Origin: Eledone cirrhosa
Taxonomy: Eukaryota
NCBI GenBank assembly: GCA_964016885.1
Contig: OZ024751.1
Coordinates: forward strand, 14,074,001-14,138,000
DNA length: 64,000 nucleotides
Reading direction: 5' to 3'
Positions 46,201 to 61,909 of the stretch are shown here, piece by piece (the first letter of the stretch is position 1; every line of letters starts with the position of its first letter). The translations under genes were made by a program, and so were the position numbers. Under the pieces are notes generated by a model. The model was not told the origin of the DNA. It did not search any database and saw only the letters and a list, made by a program, of their open reading frames with translations.

Positions 46201-49200
46201 GATAGAGACTGTCAGTCTATATAGACCAGATAGAGACAGTCAGACTATATAGACCAGATAGAGAGAGTCAGACTATATAGACCAGATAGAGACAGTCAGA
46301 CTATATAGACCAGATAGAGAGAGTCAGACTATATAGACCAGATAGAGACAGTCAGACTATATAGACCAGATAGAGACAGTCAGACTATATAGACCAGATA
46401 GAGACAGTCAGACTATATAGACCAGATAGAGACAGTCAGACTATATAGACCAGATTGAGACAGTCAGACTATATAGACTAGATAGAGACAGTCAGACTAT
46501 ATAGACCAGATAGAGACTGTCAGACTATATAGACCAGAGAGAGACAGTCAGACTATATAGACCAGATAGAGACAGTCAGACTATATAGACCAGATAGAGA
46601 CTGTCAGACTATATAGACCAGATAGAGACAGTCAGACTATATAGACCAGATAGAGACAGTCAGACTATATAGACTAGATAGAGACAGTCAGACTATATAG
46701 ACTAGATAGAGACAGTCAGACTATATAGACCAGATAGAGATAGTCAGACTATATAGACCAGATAGAGAGAGTCAGACTATATAGACTAGATAGAGACAGT
46801 CAGACTATACAGACTAGATAGAGAGAGTCAGACTATATAGACTAGATAGAGACAGTCAGACTATATAGACCAGATAGAGACAGTCAGACTATATAGACTA
46901 GATAGAGACAGTGAGACTATATAGACCAGATAGAGAGAGTCAGATTATATAGACCAGATAGAGACAGTCAGACTATATAGACCAGCTAGAGACAGTCAGA
47001 CTATATAGACCAGATAGAGACAGTCAGACTATATAGACCAGATAGAGACAGTCAGACTATATAGACCAGATAGAGACAGTCAGATTATATAGACCAGATA
47101 GAGACAGTCCAACTATATAGACTAGATAGAGACAGTCCGACTATATAGACCAGATAGAGACTGTCAGACTATATAGACTAGATAGAGACAGTCAGACTAT
47201 ATAGACTAGATAGAGACAGTCAGACTATATAGACTAGATAGAGACAGTCAGACTATATAGACCAGATAGAGACTGTCAGACTATATAGACCAGATAGAGA
47301 CAGTCAGACTATATAGAGAGAGTCAGACTATATAGACCAGATAGAGACAGTCAGACTATATAGACCAGATAGAGAGAGTCAGACTATATAGACCAGATAG
47401 AGACAGTCAGACTATATAGACCAGATAGAGACTGTCAGACTATATAGACTGTCAGACTATATAGACCAGATAGAGAGAGTCAGACTATATAGACCAGATA
47501 GAGACAGTCAGACTATATAGACCAGATAGAGAGAGTCAGACTATATAGACCAGATAGAGACAGTCAGACTATATAGACCAGATAGAGACAGTCAGACTAT
47601 ATAGACCAGATAGAGACAGTCAGACTATATAGACCAGATTGAGACAGTCAGACTATATAGACTAGATAGAGACAGTCAGACTATATAGACCAGATAGAGA
47701 CAGTCAGACTATATAGACCAGATAGAGACAGTCCAACTATATAGACTAGATAGAGACAGTCCGACTATATAGACCAGATAGAGACTGTCAGACTATATAG
47801 ACTAGATAGAGACAGTCAGACTATATAGACTAGATAGAGACAGTCAGACTATATAGACTAGATAGAGACAGTCAGACTATATAGACCAGATAGAGACTGT
47901 CAGACTATATAGACCAGATAGAGACAGTCAGACTATATAGAGAGAGTCAGACTATATAGACCAGATAGAGACAGTCAGACTATATAGACCAGATAGAGAG
48001 AGTCAGACTATATAGACCAGATAGAGACAGTCAGACTATATAGACCAGATAGAGACAGTCAGACTATATAGACCAGATAGAGACTGTCAGACTATATAGA
48101 CTGTCAGACTATATAGACCAGATAGAGAGAGTCAGACTATATAGACCAGATAGAGACAGTCAGACTATATAGACCAGATAGAGACAGTCAGACTATATAG
48201 ACCAGATAGAGACAGTCAGACTATATAGACCAGATAGAGACAGTCAGACTATATAGACCAGATTGAGACAGTCAGACTATATAGACTAGATAGAGACAGT
48301 CAGACTATATAGACCAGATAGAGACTGTCAGACTATATAGACCAGAGAGAGACAGTCAGACTATATAGACCAGATAGAGACAGTCAGACTATATAGACCA
48401 GATAGAGACTGTCAGACTATATAGACCAGATAGAGACAGTCAGACTATATAGACCAGATAGAGACAGTCAGACTATATAGACTAGATAGAGACAGTCAGA
48501 CTATATAGACTAGATAGAGACAGTCAGACTATATAGACCAGATAGAGATAGTCAGACTATATAGACCAGATAGAGAGAGTCAGACTATATAGACTAGATA
48601 GAGACAGTCAGACTATACAGACTAGATAGAGAGAGTCAGACTATATAGACTAGATAGAGACAGTCAGACTATATAGACCAGATAGAGACAGTCAGACTAT
48701 ATAGACTAGATAGAGACAGTGAGACTATATAGACCAGATAGAGAGAGTCAGATTATATAGACCAGATAGAGACAGTCAGACTATATAGACCAGCTAGAGA
48801 CAGTCAGACTATATAGACCAGATAGAGACAGTCAGACTATATAGACCAGATAGAGACAGTCAGACTATATAGACCAGATAGAGACAGTCAGATTATATAG
48901 ACCAGATAGAGACAGTCCAACTATATAGACTAGATAGAGACAGTCCGACTATATAGACCAGATAGAGACTGTCAGACTATATAGACTAGATAGAGACAGT
49001 CAGACTATATAGACTAGATAGAGACAGTCAGACTATATAGACTAGATAGAGACAGTCAGACTATATAGACCAGATAGAGACTGTCAGACTATATAGACCA
49101 GATAGAGACAGTCAGACTATATAGAGAGAGTCAGACTATATAGACCAGATAGAGACAGTCAGACTATATAGACCAGATAGAGAGAGTCAGACTATATAGA

Positions 49201-52200
49201 CCAGATAGAGACAGTCAGACTATATAGACCAGATAGAGACTGTCAGACTATATAGACTGTCAGACTATATAGACCAGATAGAGAGAGTCAGACTATATAG
49301 ACCAGATAGAGACAGTCAGACTATATAGACCAGATAGAGAGAGTCAGACTATATAGACCAGATAGAGACAGTCAGACTATATAGACCAGATAGAGACAGT
49401 CAGACTATATAGACCAGATAGAGACAGTCAGACTATATAGACCAGATTGAGACAGTCAGACTATATAGACTAGATAGAGACAGTCAGACTATATAGACCA
49501 GATAGAGACAGTCAGACTATATAGACCAGATAGAGACAGTCCAACTATATAGACTAGATAGAGACAGTCCGACTATATAGACCAGATAGAGACTGTCAGA
49601 CTATATAGACTAGATAGAGACAGTCAGACTATATAGACTAGATAGAGACAGTCAGACTATATAGACTAGATAGAGACAGTCAGACTATATAGACCAGATA
49701 GAGACTGTCAGACTATATAGACCAGATAGAGACAGTCAGACTATATAGAGAGAGTCAGACTATATAGACCAGATAGAGACAGTCAGACTATATAGACCAG
49801 ATAGAGAGAGTCAGACTATATAGACCAGATAGAGACAGTCAGACTATATAGACCAGATAGAGACTGTCAGACTATATAGACTGTCAGACTATATAGACCA
49901 GATAGAGAGAGTCAGACTATATAGACCAGATAGAGACAGTCAGACTATATAGACCAGATAGAGAGAGTCAGACTATATAGACCAGATAGAGACAGTCAGA
50001 CTATATAGACCAGATAGAGACAGTCAGACTATATAGACCAGATAGAGACAGTCAGACTATATAGACCAGATTGAGACAGTCAGACTATATAGACTAGATA
50101 GAGACAGTCAGACTATATAGACCAGATAGAGACTGTCAGACTATATAGACCAGAGAGAGACAGTCAGACTATATAGACCAGATAGAGACAGTCAGACTAT
50201 ATAGACCAGATAGAGACTGTCAGACTATATAGACCAGATAGAGACAGTCAGACTATATAGACCAGATAGAGACAGTCAGACTATATAGACTAGATAGAGA
50301 CAGTCAGACTATATAGACTAGATAGAGACAGTCAGACTATATAGACCAGATAGAGACTGTCAGACTATATAGACCAGATAGAGACAGTCAGACTATATAG
50401 ACCAGATAGAGAGAGTCAGACTATATAGAGCAGATAGAGACAGTCAGACTATATAGACCAGATAGAGACAGTCAGACTATATAGACTAGATAGAGAGAGT
50501 CAGACTATATAGACCAGAGAGAGACTGTCAGACTATATAGACCAGATAGAGACAGTCAGACTATATAGACCAGAGACAGTCAGACTATATAGACCAGATA
50601 GAGAGAGTCAGACTATATAGACCAGATAGAGACAGTCAGACTATATAGACCAGATAGAGACAGTCAGACTATATAGACCAGAGAGAGACTGTCAGACTAT
50701 ATAGACCAGATAGAGACAGTCAGACTATATAGACCAGATAGAGAGAGTCAGACTATATAGACCAGATAGAGAGAGTCAGACTATATAGACCAGATAGAGA
50801 CTGTCAGACTATATAGACCAGAGAGAGACTGTCAGACTATATAGACCAGATAGAGACAGTCAGACTATATAGACCAGATAGAGAGAGTCAGACTATATAG
50901 ACCAGATAGAGAGAGTCAGACTATATAGACCAGATAGAGACTGTCAGACTATATAGACCAGAGAGAGACAGTCAGACTATATAGACCAGATAGAGAGAGT
51001 CAGACTATATAGACCAGATAGAGACTGTCAGACTATATAGACCAGATAGAGACTGTCAGACTATATAGACCAGATAGAGACAGTCAGACTATATAGACCA
51101 GATAGAGACTGTCAGACTATATAGACCAGATAGAGACAGTCAGACTATATAGACCAGATAGAGAGAGTCAGACTATATAGACCAGATAGAGAGAGTCAGA
51201 CTATATAGACCAGATAGAGACTGTCAGACTATATAGACCAGAGAGAGACAGTCAGACTATATAGACCAGATAGAGAGAGTCAGACTATATAGACCAGATA
51301 GAGACTGTCAGACTATATAGACCAGATAGAGACTGTCAGACTATATAGACCAGATAGAGACAGTCAGACTATATAGACCAGATAGAGAGAGTCAGACTAT
51401 ATAGACCAGATAGAGACTGTCAGACTATATAGACCAGATAGAGACTGTCAGACTATATAGACCAGATAGAGACAGTCAGACTATATAGACCAGATAGAGA
51501 CAGTCCGACTATATAGACTAGATAGAGACAGTCCGACTATATAGACCAGATAGAGACTGTCAGACTATATAGACCAGAGAGAGACAGTCAGACTATATAG
51601 ACCAGATAGAGACTGTCAGTCTATATAGACCAGATAGAGACAGTCAGACTATATAGACCAGATAGAGAGAGTCAGACTATATAGACCAGATAGAGACAGT
51701 CAGACTATATAGACCAGATAGAGAGAGTCAGACTATATAGACCAGATAGAGACAGTCAGACTATATAGACCAGATAGAGACAGTCAGACTATATAGACCA
51801 GATAGAGACAGTCAGACTATATAGACCAGATAGAGACAGTCAGACTATATAGACCAGATTGAGACAGTCAGACTATATAGACTAGATAGAGACAGTCAGA
51901 CTATATAGACCAGATAGAGACTGTCAGACTATATAGACCAGAGAGAGACAGTCAGACTATATAGACCAGATAGAGACAGTCAGACTATATAGACCAGATA
52001 GAGACTGTCAGACTATATAGACCAGATAGAGACAGTCAGACTATATAGACCAGATAGAGACAGTCAGACTATATAGACTAGATAGAGACAGTCAGACTAT
52101 ATAGACTAGATAGAGACAGTCAGACTATATAGACCAGATAGAGATAGTCAGACTATATAGACCAGATAGAGAGAGTCAGACTATATAGACTAGATAGAGA

Positions 52201-55200
52201 CAGTCAGACTATACAGACTAGATAGAGAGAGTCAGACTATATAGACTAGATAGAGACAGTCAGACTATATAGACCAGATAGAGACAGTCAGACTATATAG
52301 ACTAGATAGAGACAGTGAGACTATATAGACCAGATAGAGAGAGTCAGATTATATAGACCAGATAGAGACAGTCAGACTATATAGACCAGCTAGAGACAGT
52401 CAGACTATATAGACCAGATAGAGACAGTCAGACTATATAGACCAGATAGAGACAGTCAGACTATATAGACCAGATAGAGACAGTCAGATTATATAGACCA
52501 GATAGAGACAGTCAGACTATATAGACTAAATAGAGACTGTCAGACTATATAGACCAGATAGAGAGAATCAGACTATATAGACTAGATGGAGACAGTCAGA
52601 CTATATAGACTAGATAGAGACAGTCAGACTATATAGACCAGATAGAGACTGTCAGACTATATAGACCAGATAGAGATAGTTAGACTATATAGACCAGATA
52701 GAGAGAGTCAGACTATATAGACTAGATAGAGACAGTCAGACTATACAGACTAGATAGAGACAGTCAGACTATATAGACTAGATAGAGACAGTCAGACTAT
52801 ATAGACCAGAGAGAGACAGTCAGACTATATAGACCAGATAGAGACAGTCAGACTATATAGACCAGATAGAGACAGTCAGACTATATAGACTAGATAGAGA
52901 CTGTCAGACTATATAGACTAGATAGAGACTCTCAGACTATATAGACCAGATAGAGACTGTCAGACTATATAGACCAGATAGAGACAGTCAGACTATATAG
53001 ACCAGATAGAGACAGTCAGACTATATAGACTAGATAGAGACAGTCAGACTATATAGACCAGATAGAGAGAGTCAGACTATATAGACTAGATAGAGACAGT
53101 CAGACTATATAGACCAGATAGAGACTGTCAGACTATATAGACCAGATAGAGACTGTCAGACTATATAGACCAGATAGAGACAGTCAGACTATATAGACCA
53201 GATAGAGACAGTCAGACTATATAGACCAGATAGAGAGAGTCAGACTATATAGACCAGATAGAGACAGTCAGACTATATAGACTAGATAGAGACAGTCAGA
53301 CTATATAGACTAGATAGAGACTGCCAGACTATATAGACTAGATAGAGACTCTCAGACTATATAGACCAGATAGAGAGAGAGTCAGACTATATAGACCAGA
53401 TAGAGACAGTCAGACTATATAGACCAGATAGAGACTGTCAGACTATATAGACTAGATAGAGACAGTCAGACTATATAGACCAGATAGAGAGAGTCAGACT
53501 ATATAGACCAGATAGAGACAGTCAGACTATATAGACCAGATAGAGACTGTCAGACTATATAGACCAGATAGAGACAGTTAGACTATATAGACCAGATAGA
53601 AACAGTCAGACTATATAGACCAGATAGAGAGAGTCACACTATATAGACCAGATAGAGACAGTCAGACTATATAGACCAGATAGAGACAGTCAGACTATAT
53701 AGAGACAGTCAGACTATATAGACTAGATAGAGACTCTCAGACTATATAGACCAGATAGAGACAGTCAGACTATATAGACCAGATAGAGACAGTCAGACTA
53801 TATAGACCAGATAGAGACTGTCAGACTATATAGACCAGATAGAGACAGTCCGACTATATAGACCAGATAAAGACAGTCAGACTATATAGACCAGATAGAG
53901 ACTGTCAGACTATATAGACCAGATAGAGACAGTTAGACTATATAGACCAGATAGAGACAGTCAGACTATATAGACTAGATAGAGACTTTCAGACTATATA
54001 GACTAGATTGAGACAGTCAGACTATATAGACCAGATAGAGACAGTCAGACTATATAGACCAGATAGGAACTGTCAGACTATATAGACCAGATAGAGACTG
54101 TCAGACTATATAGACCAGATAGAGACAGTTAGACTATATAGACCAGATAGAGACAGTCAGACTATATAGACCAGATAGAGACAGTCAGACTATATAGACC
54201 AGATAGAGACAGTCAGACTATATTGACCAGATAGAGAGAGTCAGACTATATAGACCAGATAGAGACAGTCAGACTATATAGACCAGATAGAGAGAGTCAG
54301 ACTATATAGACCAGATAGTGACAGTCAGACTATATAGACCAGATAGAGAGAGTCAGACTATATAGACCAGATAGAGAGAGAGTCAGACCATATAGACCAG
54401 ATAGAGACAGTCAGACTATATAGACCAGATAGAGACAGTCAGACTATATAGACCAGATAGAGACAGTCAGACTATATAGACCAGATAGAGACAGTCAGAC
54501 TATATAGACCAGATAGAGACAGTCAGACTATATAGACCAGATAGAGAGAGTCAGACTATATAGACCAGATAGTGACAGTCAGACTATATAGACCAGATAG
54601 AGAGAGTCAGACTATATAGACCAGATAGAGAGAGAGTCAGACTATATAGACCAGATAGAGACAGTCAGACTATATAGACCAGATAGAGACAGTCAGACTA
54701 TATAGACCAGATAGAGACTGTCAGACTATATAGACCAGATAGAGACAGTTAGACTATATAGACCAGATAGAGACAGTCAGACTATATAGACCAGATAGAG
54801 ACAGTCAGACTATATAGACCAGATAGAGACAGTCAGACTATATAGATCAGATAGAGACAGTCAGACTATATAGACCAGATAGAGAGAGAGTCAGACTATA
54901 TAGACCAGATAGAGACAGTCAGACTATATAGACCAGATAGAGACAGTCAGACTATATAGACCAGATAGAGACAGTCAGACTATATAGACCAGATAGAGAC
55001 AGTCAGACTATATAGACCAGATAGAGACAGTCAGACTATATAGACCAGATAGAGAGAGTCAGACTATATAGACCAGATAGTGACAGTCAGACTATATAGA
55101 CCAGATAGAGAGAGTCAGACTATATAGACCAGATAGAGAGAGAGTCAGACTATATAGACCAGATAGAGACAGTCAGACTATATAGACCAGATAGAGACAG

Positions 55201-56360
55201 TCAGACTATATAGACCAGATAGAGACTGTCAGACTATATAGACCAGATAGAGACAGTTAGACTATATAGACCAGATAGAGACAGTCAGACTATATAGACC
55301 AGATAGAGACAGTCAGACTATATAGACCAGATAGAGACAGTCAGACTATATAGATCAGATAGAGACAGTCAGACTATATAGACCAGATAGAGAGAGAGTC
55401 AGACTATATAGACCAGATAGAGACAGTCAGACTATATAGACCAGATAGAGACAGTCAGACTATATAGACCAGATAGAGACAGTCAGACTATATAGACCAG
55501 ATAGAGACAGTCAGACTATATAGACCAGATAGAGACAGTCAGACTATATAGACCAGATAGAGAGAGTCAGACTATATAGACCAGATAGTGACAGTCAGAC
55601 TATATAGACCAGATAGAGAGAGTCAGACTATATAGACCAGATAGAGAGAGAGTCAGACTATATAGACCAGATAGAGACAGTCAGACTATATAGACCAGAT
55701 AGAGACAGTCAGACTATATAGACCAGATAGAGACTGTCAGACTATATAGACCAGATAGAGACAGTTAGACTATATAGACCAGATAGAGACAGTCAGACTA
55801 TATAGACCAGATAGAGACAGTCAGACTATATAGACCAGATAGAGACAGTCAGACTATATAGATCAGATAGAGACAGTCAGACTATATAGACCAGATAGAG
55901 AGAGTCAGACTATATAGACCAGATAGAGACTGTCTGACTATATAGACCAGATAGAGACAGTCAGACTATATAGACCAGATAGAGAGAGTCAGACTATATA
56001 GACCAGATAGAGACAGTCAGACTATATAGACCAGATAGGGACAGTCAGACTATATAGACCAGATAGAAAGAGACTATATAGACCTGATAGAAAGAGACTA
56101 TATAGACCTGATAGAAAGAGACTATATAGACCTGATAGAAAGAGACTATATAGACCTGATAGAAAGAGACTATATAGACCAGATAGAAAGAGACTATATA
56201 GACTTGATAGAAAGAGACTATATAGACCTGATAGAAAGAGACTATATAGACTTGATAGAAAGAGACTATATAGACCTGATAGAAAGAAACTATATAGACC
56301 AGCTAAACACAGTCAGACTATATAGACCTGATAGAAACCAGCTAAACACAGTCAGACTAT
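43268..56360. repeat. 13-kb tandem satellite, 28-bp unit gactatatagaccagatagagacagtca, ending in a 24-bp variant
   Basis: Period 28 (e.g. 43383 to 43411); 24-bp gactatatagacctgatagaaaga at ~56048-56300. Confidence 0.98.
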
Positions 56361-56784
56361 TGGTAGACCATTAAACCAATACCACCCGGCTACCCCACCA
56401 TTCCTTTCACCCCTTTACTAGAAATCCCTCACACCCACCATTGTTATGTTACAATTAAAGATATGGAAATAAGTAATATTTTCTTTATATTTCTCAGTTT
56501 GTGGTTTCCTTGGCTTTTTTATCCAATTTTTTCTTTACTTTTTTATTTTTTTTATTTTTTTTTCTATTTATTTTTATTAGTTAGTTTTTGTAATTTTAAT
56601 TTTTTTTTTTACACCTTTCACGGAATAATTCAACCTGAGAGGACATCAAACAAGCCTGACCCTCCCCCCCTCTTACAACACATTTATTGTGTCATTATCA
56701 TAACCAATACCTTACAATAAAAAAAAGTAGAAACAATTATTATTATTATTACTTCGCTCTATTAATCACAAAACTGAAATACAC

Positions 56785-57975
56785 ACACAGAGAGTTCTAC
56801 CCCGGTTTTCGCGGAGGATTACGTTCTTAGAACACGCACGAAGAGTGGGAAACCGCGAATATTGGACGTGGTCCATAATAATGCCTATAAACGTCAAAAC
56901 ATAACGTAAAATATAGGCCGGCAAATACGGTATATCTAAACTATAATAAAGTAAGGAGCGCAGGACTACGTACGGTTTATAATTTTTTTATCCCATTAGT
57001 AAAATAAGTTACATTACTTTGAATAAATAATAAATGAATATTCCATATTCCATCTACTAAATTTCGTGGATGTTGATTAAATATATTTTGTTTATTTAAA
57101 GATTCACTTCTTTAAAATTTCGGAAATGTCAACACTTCCGGTTGGCCATCGCTTAAATAAACATACTAATTTTCTCCGGCAAGTGAGACGCGCTGGAAGA
57201 GCTGACCTTCGGCTGGCCACCTCAGCACCTATGGTGGTGAGTAGGGAGGTAGCCCTAGGGCCGAGGACACCCTGTGTTTATTTCTACATATATTATATAT
57301 ATATATCAATGATATTAATAAATGGAAACTATATTTATGAAACCATATTTATTCTATTATATATATTTCAAAGGTACCAATTGCGTACGGTTTATAATTT
57401 TTCATCCCATTAGTAAAATAAGTTACATTACTTTGAATAAATAATAAATGAATATTCCATAATTTATCTACTAAATTTCGTGGATGTTGATTAAATATAT
57501 TTTGTTTATTTAAAGATTCATTTCTTTAAAATTTCTGAAATGTCAACACTTCCGGTTGGCCATCGCTTAAATAAACATACTAATTTTCTCCTAATGCAGT
57601 TTACATATAATATCGTCTTTTTTAATGTATCATGGATTACGTTACTGATTACATAAGACAGTGTAACGCAGTCTTCGTTCAATTTCTATGTATTATATAT
57701 TGTCAATTACGATTTTATTTGATGTATATACCTGCGTTTAATATCAATAATCACACGACACATGCTAGCAGAAAAACCACCCGACGGTGGTTTTTCTGCT
57801 AGTTGTTATTAATAATTTAGCGTTAAAATGCATGAAACAATATATATATTGCCACGAAAAGAGCCATAAAAAATCGCAGAAGATATTTACGATTCCGCGA
57901 ATATGCGGTGGTTTCCACGAACAATTATTAATTAGGTTATAAGGAAAATTCTGCAAATAACCGGGGGTACACTAT
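56785..57975. mobile_element. Degenerate pogo/Tigger-like non-autonomous element
   Basis: Imperfect termini tacccggttttcgcgg / ctgcaaataaccgggggtac; ccgcgaatat motif near both ends. Confidence 0.4.
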
Positions 57976-57976
57976 A

Positions 57977-58136
57977 TATTTCTGGACTAAAGTTTTAGTC
58001 CAGAAATAGCCGTCGAAACGGCTTGAGCTCTGCCGTCGGGGTCATACTTTCTCCTATTACCCACTCTACAACGCTAAGTATTGAGTACTCTGGTGCGTTA
58101 TGGTCCATCTGGTTCCTTACCACAACTCCTTCGTTA
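57977..58136 (+). mobile_element. Fold-back family A copy 2
   Basis: Homologous to 203-413; hairpin atttctggactaaa-gt-tttagtccagaaat. Confidence 0.8.
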
Positions 58137-58147
58137 TATATATATAT

Positions 58148-58400
58148 TCATTTAGGTTTGTTGGTTCACCACTGGATAGAACTGGTCATTCCGTATAATA
58201 AACCTTGATGTAATATTAGGGAGAGCACTCGACGTAATGCAACTCACCCGTCTTCCTTTGTGTTGTTGGTGGTGCGAGTACGGAATTAATTATTATAAAA
58301 TAACAGGAGGCTAGACTGGTGTAATTCCTTAAAAGGTTTATTATACTATGATCATTTCAATGACCCGGTTCTGTATGAATCCGGTGACATCAGGTATTCC
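58148..58400 (-). mobile_element. Short PLE-like element with degenerate hammerhead (58343-58397)
   Basis: Minus atac-CTGATGT-..ccggattc..gaaccgg..-GAAA-tgatca-TA-gtat; GCACTC at 58225. Confidence 0.65.
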
Positions 58401-58535
58401 GAAATTTAACAAAGGAATATAATAGACACAAACCATGGCGCTGAAAAGGCAGAGAGACAAGAAGGCGACCAAACATATAGTAGTTTCTAGTCCGGTCGGT
58501 CGCCTTCAAGTGAGGACTACTAAGTCTTCTGATGT

Positions 58536-58610
<75 letters not shown>

Positions 58611-58626
58611 TATATATATATATATA

Positions 58627-58670
<44 letters not shown>

Positions 58671-58726
58671 CAACATGGCGTAGGATAGAAGAAAGGAAAG
58701 GCACAGAAACGAAGAAAGAAATCCCC

Positions 58727-58771
58727 AGTCACTGAAGAGGTCACAGAGTGTGTGACGAAAGAACTATGACT
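58727..58771 (+). ncRNA. Type I minimal hammerhead motif
   Basis: agtca-CTGAAGA-g-gtcaca(gagtg)tgtgac-GAAA-gaac-TA-tgact. Confidence 0.8.
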
Positions 58772-58922
58772 ATATATATATAAACAACTATCTGGTTGTG
58801 GAACCAACCAACCAACCAGAAATTTATAAATTTGTAAATTTATAAATATATATTAAATTAAATTGAAGTGAAAGCAACTGGTGCGTGTGTTTCTTATTGG
58901 CAACATGACCCTCCCAAAGTAT

Positions 58923-59314
<392 letters not shown>

Positions 59315-59614
59315 CTTCTTCGTTAATTTCTCATCATCTTAATTTTTTCTAAAATTGGCACAAGGCCAGTAATTTAGAAGGAAAGGAAAGTTGATTAATT
59401 TAATCCCCAGTATTTGACTGGTACTTTATTTTATCGGATCCTGGAAGGATAAAAGGCAAAGTTGACCTCGGCGGGATTTGAACTCAGAACATAAAGATCA
59501 CGATGTTTTTAATGTCGTTTTCTGATTTAGACACAAGGCTAACAAATTTTTATTTTTTAGGTGTGGTAAGTCGTTTCAATCGAACCAGTGTATTACTGGT
59601 ATTTCATTTTATCG

Positions 59615-60060
59615 ACACTGAGTGGAGTGGGGAGTCACACCTGACATGTAGTTCTACTTGTCAGAGTCCTACGTCAGTGGAGTGGGAAGTCACACTTGAC
59701 ATGAAGTCCTACCTCAGTGGAGTGATGAGTCACACCTCAGTAGAGTGGAGAGTCGCATTTGACATAGAGCCCTGCCGCATTGGTGTGAGGAGTAACACTT
59801 GAAATGGTGTCCTACCTCAGTGGAGTGGAGAGTCACACACGACACGGTGTCCTACCTCAGTGGAGTGGAGAGTCACACACGACACGGTGTCCTACCTCAG
59901 TGGAGTGGAGAGTCACACCTGACACGGTGTCCTACCTCAGTGGAGTGGACAGTCACACTTGACACGGTGTCCTACCTCAGTGGTGTGAGGAGTAACACTT
60001 GAAACGGTGTCCTACCTCAGTGGAGTGGACAGTCGCACTTGACAGTGCTACCTCAATGGA
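59615..60060. repeat. 40-bp minisatellite gtcctacctcagtggagtggagagtcacacacgacacggt
   Basis: Exact 40-bp period at 59812-60012. Confidence 0.92.
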
Positions 60061-60297
60061 ATGGCGGCTAATAAATACAGTAGCGCCCCCTTTGATCATG
60101 TCTATTAGGACAGAAGGGTGACTCATCGATTCATTAACTTCTACCTTTTCACATGCGTTACTGACATCTTTGACACCTATTCAGGTATTTAACTAATTAC
60201 AGGTGTAGTATGTCGCGAAAAACGGCTAGGTGTGATAAGAAACTGATATCCTCCATAACTACCTTATTATATTTCTGTTGTTTTCAAGTAATGGCCA

Positions 60298-60423
60298 GTC
60301 AACAACAACATCAATCAACATTAATAGCAACTACAATAACAACAACAACGATAACAACATTAATAACATCAACAATAACAACATCAACAACAACGATAAC
60401 AACATCACCAACAACATCAACAC

Positions 60424-60458
<35 letters not shown>

Positions 60459-61000
60459 CCAACAACATCAACAATGACAACAACAACGATAACATCACCA
60501 TCAACAACAACTACAACAACAACGACAACATCACCAACAATAACAATAACAACAACAACGATAACAACATTAATAACAATAACAACAACAACAACGATAA
60601 CAACATCACCACCAACAACAACAACGATAACAACATCACCAACAACGATAACAACAACGATAACAACATCAACATCACCAACAACAATAACAACAACAAC
60701 GATAACAACATCAACGACAACGACAACGACGACGACGACGACAACAACAACGACGACGACGATAACAACATCAACAAAAACAACATTAATAGCATTACTA
60801 ACAACAATAACAACACCAACAACATCACTAACAACAACAACATTATCACCACCAACAAGAACAACAACAACAACAATATCACCAACAACATCAACAGCAA
60901 CATTCCTAACAACATCATCAACAATAACATTACAAATAACAACAACAACAACATTATCATCATCACCAACAACATCACTACCATCATCATCACCAACAAG
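60298..61000. repeat. Degenerate (AAC)n trinucleotide array
   Basis: Gives poly-T/N/V/L in different frames. Confidence 0.9.
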
Positions 61001-61108
61001 AATAGACACAGAAAATAAAAGGTAGTCCTACTAAAGTAAAAAAAAAAAAACGTAAATAAAGAGAGTAAACAAGACAAACCGTTAGGTAATATATATATAT
61101 ATATATAT

Positions 61109-61289
61109 ATAGGAACAAGTAAAACCCCGACGGCTGAGCTCAAGCCGTTTCGACGGCTAAATTAGCCGTCGAAACGGCTTGAGCTCAGCCGTCGGGGTCT
61201 TACTTGTTCCTATTACCCACTCTACTACCCTAAGTATTGAGTACTTTGGTGCGTTATGGTCCACCTGGTTCCTTACCACATTTCCTTCG

Positions 61290-61292
<3 letters not shown>
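61109..61292 (+). mobile_element. Fold-back family A copy 3
   Basis: Palindrome centred near 61160; GAGTAC tail ending at a TA tract. Confidence 0.8.
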
Positions 61293-61376
<84 letters not shown>

Positions 61377-61498
61377 AATGAAAAAAATGAAATTTCATTT
61401 CTCACTCTTAGTACGGCTGATACTTAAATATAAGTATGTATACGTACATACATATATGTATACATACGTACAGTAGTATGTATATACAATCATACATG

Positions 61499-61529
<31 letters not shown>

Positions 61530-61604
61530 GTACGTATTGGTTTACCGAACATTTATTATAATGCTCGCTTTGTTTGCCCTTTTGTTCAACACTGACAAAG
61601 GAAA

Positions 61605-61643
61605 GATGAACTAGTTTCTAGCTTATTAGCTGTCATCAGCACC
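61605..61643 (-). ncRNA. Type I minimal hammerhead motif
   Basis: Minus ggtg-CTGATGA-c-agct(aata)agct-a-GAAA-ctag-TT-catc. Confidence 0.72.
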
Positions 61644-61828
61644 GTATATCTTCCTGTCAGTCGATTGAACGTTTGAAAGTATATACTTTCCTTATGTATA
61701 TTAACGGCTGAGCAGCCTAATTTGCATATCGAGTGAGTTAGTCGGCCGTGCGTACCGAGTACGATAAATGAAAAAATGAAGTTTCATTTCTCGCTCTTAG
61801 TACGGCTGATACTTATATTACATACATG

Positions 61829-61909
<81 letters not shown>

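Noticed and set aside
43268-56360. CRISPR-like regular 28-bp repeats
   Set aside because: No unique spacers or cas genes; head-to-tail eukaryotic satellite
60210-61025. Mucin-like Thr-rich ORF with a hydrophobic N-terminus
   Set aside because: Degenerate (AAC)n open in four frames; no support without transcript data
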